From Macrostomum lignano (Eukaryota), in assembly GCA_002269645.1 (NCBI GenBank), contig NIVC01001414.1, positions 124,001 through 188,000 on the forward strand: a stretch of 64,000 nt of DNA, in the 5' to 3' direction. The translations under genes were made by a program, and so were the position numbers. The notes under the pieces were generated by a model that did not search any database, was not told where the DNA came from, and saw only the letters and a program-made list of their open reading frames with translations. Positions within the stretch are counted from its first letter, which is position 1. Each line of letters opens with the position of its first letter. Positions 63,119 to 64,000 of the stretch are shown here, in pieces.

Positions 63119-63348
63119 TTAACAGTAACCCGACGGATGGCCTAGCTTACTATTCCAGACGGCTAATTCTGCTGAGCCGAACGATTGACCATATATATCT
63201 GTGTGGCACTGCAGTTGAGGACTGATGACCTGCATGGCAGGCCATCCGCAATTCAGCAGAAGCAAAGACACGGTATTACGCTCTGGTTCAGATATTTATA
63301 TTTATGAAAGAGAACAGAACCGTTATTAAAGTGAATATTTTTTACTTT
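63119..63348. mobile_element. piggyBac-like terminal segment, copy 2 (probable 3' end of the transposase-bearing element)
   Basis: Same TTAA-CAGTAACCCGACGG start; lies downstream of the minus-strand piggyBac transposase remnant. Confidence 0.55.
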
Positions 63349-63565
63349 TTACTCAATCCGACAAATAGCAAAAAGTTCCCGCGGTTTCAACAAGAAGAAC
63401 TTTAAAAAATTGTTAAAATACGAGTACGCAAATGTTTCAATAGAAATGAGTACGAGTATATGAACTTTCGGGAATTTACCATGTCAATTACTGAGAACGA
63501 AAAGCAAGAATCAACATATAGAGTTAATTCAATTGTGTTATATTCGATTATTTATTTAATTTTCT

Positions 63566-63596
63566 GATGCATTTCGTCCACAGTGGACATCTTCAG
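63566..63596 (-). ncRNA. Minimal hammerhead-ribozyme-like motif (core, stem II and stem III intact; stem I not paired)
   Basis: Minus strand reads CTGAAGA-T-GTCC-ACTGT-GGAC-GAAA-TGCA-TC. Confidence 0.5.
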
Positions 63597-63713
63597 GGCT
63601 TCATTTATGCTCGTAATTTATTAGTCAGAAAACGATTTAGCACAATTGAATTTATTTTATTATGTTGAATCTCGCTTTCGTGTATCTACTTTTTATCAAG
63701 CGAGCTACTTTAC

Positions 63714-64000
63714 CTAAAATAGATTTAAATAACAGAGTATAGCAGAAATTTCAACTCGTTTTCTGCCAGTACCTGAGTTGAACATTAGCTGACGCACAGT
63801 TGTGCGCAGAAATGAGAGAAATTTAGCGGACCTACCAGCCTTCGAATACAAAATCCAGCAATTGTGCACTCCCTGAAGTAGCAGGTGAAAACCTAGGCGG
63901 TGAAACCAACGGTAAGTCTTACGACAGGCCAATTAAAGTACGGCTGTAGAGAACCATCCAGCCTGTCCACTCCGCCATGTTCTTGGAGTAAACAACAGCC
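63714..64000 (-). mobile_element. piggyBac (PGBD-type) transposase C-terminal remnant, runs off the window
   Basis: YSKNM(G)GVDRLD after a frameshift, then LACRKTYRWFHRLGFHLLLQGVHNCWILY...FLSFLRTTVRQL. This matches the YNxxMGGVDxxD and RKTxRWxxKLFFHLLDxAVxNAxILY motifs. Confidence 0.8.

Overview
Eukaryotic (animal) genomic DNA with spliceosomal GT-AG introns and very dense mini/microsatellites. The style resembles a free-living flatworm such as Macrostomum, which is inference only. Host genes, left to right: (1) a TCF/LEF (pangolin) gene on +, with a beta-catenin-binding exon at 14305-15861 and an HMG box plus C-clamp exon at about 28177-29342; (2) a complete 6-exon SVOP-like MFS transporter on + (33800-40246, 596 aa), whose first intron holds an antisense tRNA-Ile with the unusual GAT anticodon; (3) a tandemly duplicated ankyrin-repeat plus MAP3K-like kinase locus on -, in which one copy lost the ankyrin part and has a broken kinase while the other kept the ankyrins and deleted the kinase core; (4) an intronless 419-aa orphan ORF. 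Mobile DNA: Penelope-like, Gypsy integrase and Tc1 remnants; a Polinton/adintovirus-type PLA2-integrase remnant next to an AGTAGT...ACTACT inverted repeat, cut at a TTAA by a piggyBac-like end; a piggyBac transposase remnant; and a minimal hammerhead-ribozyme-like motif. All calls come from reading the sequence by eye; no database searches were run.
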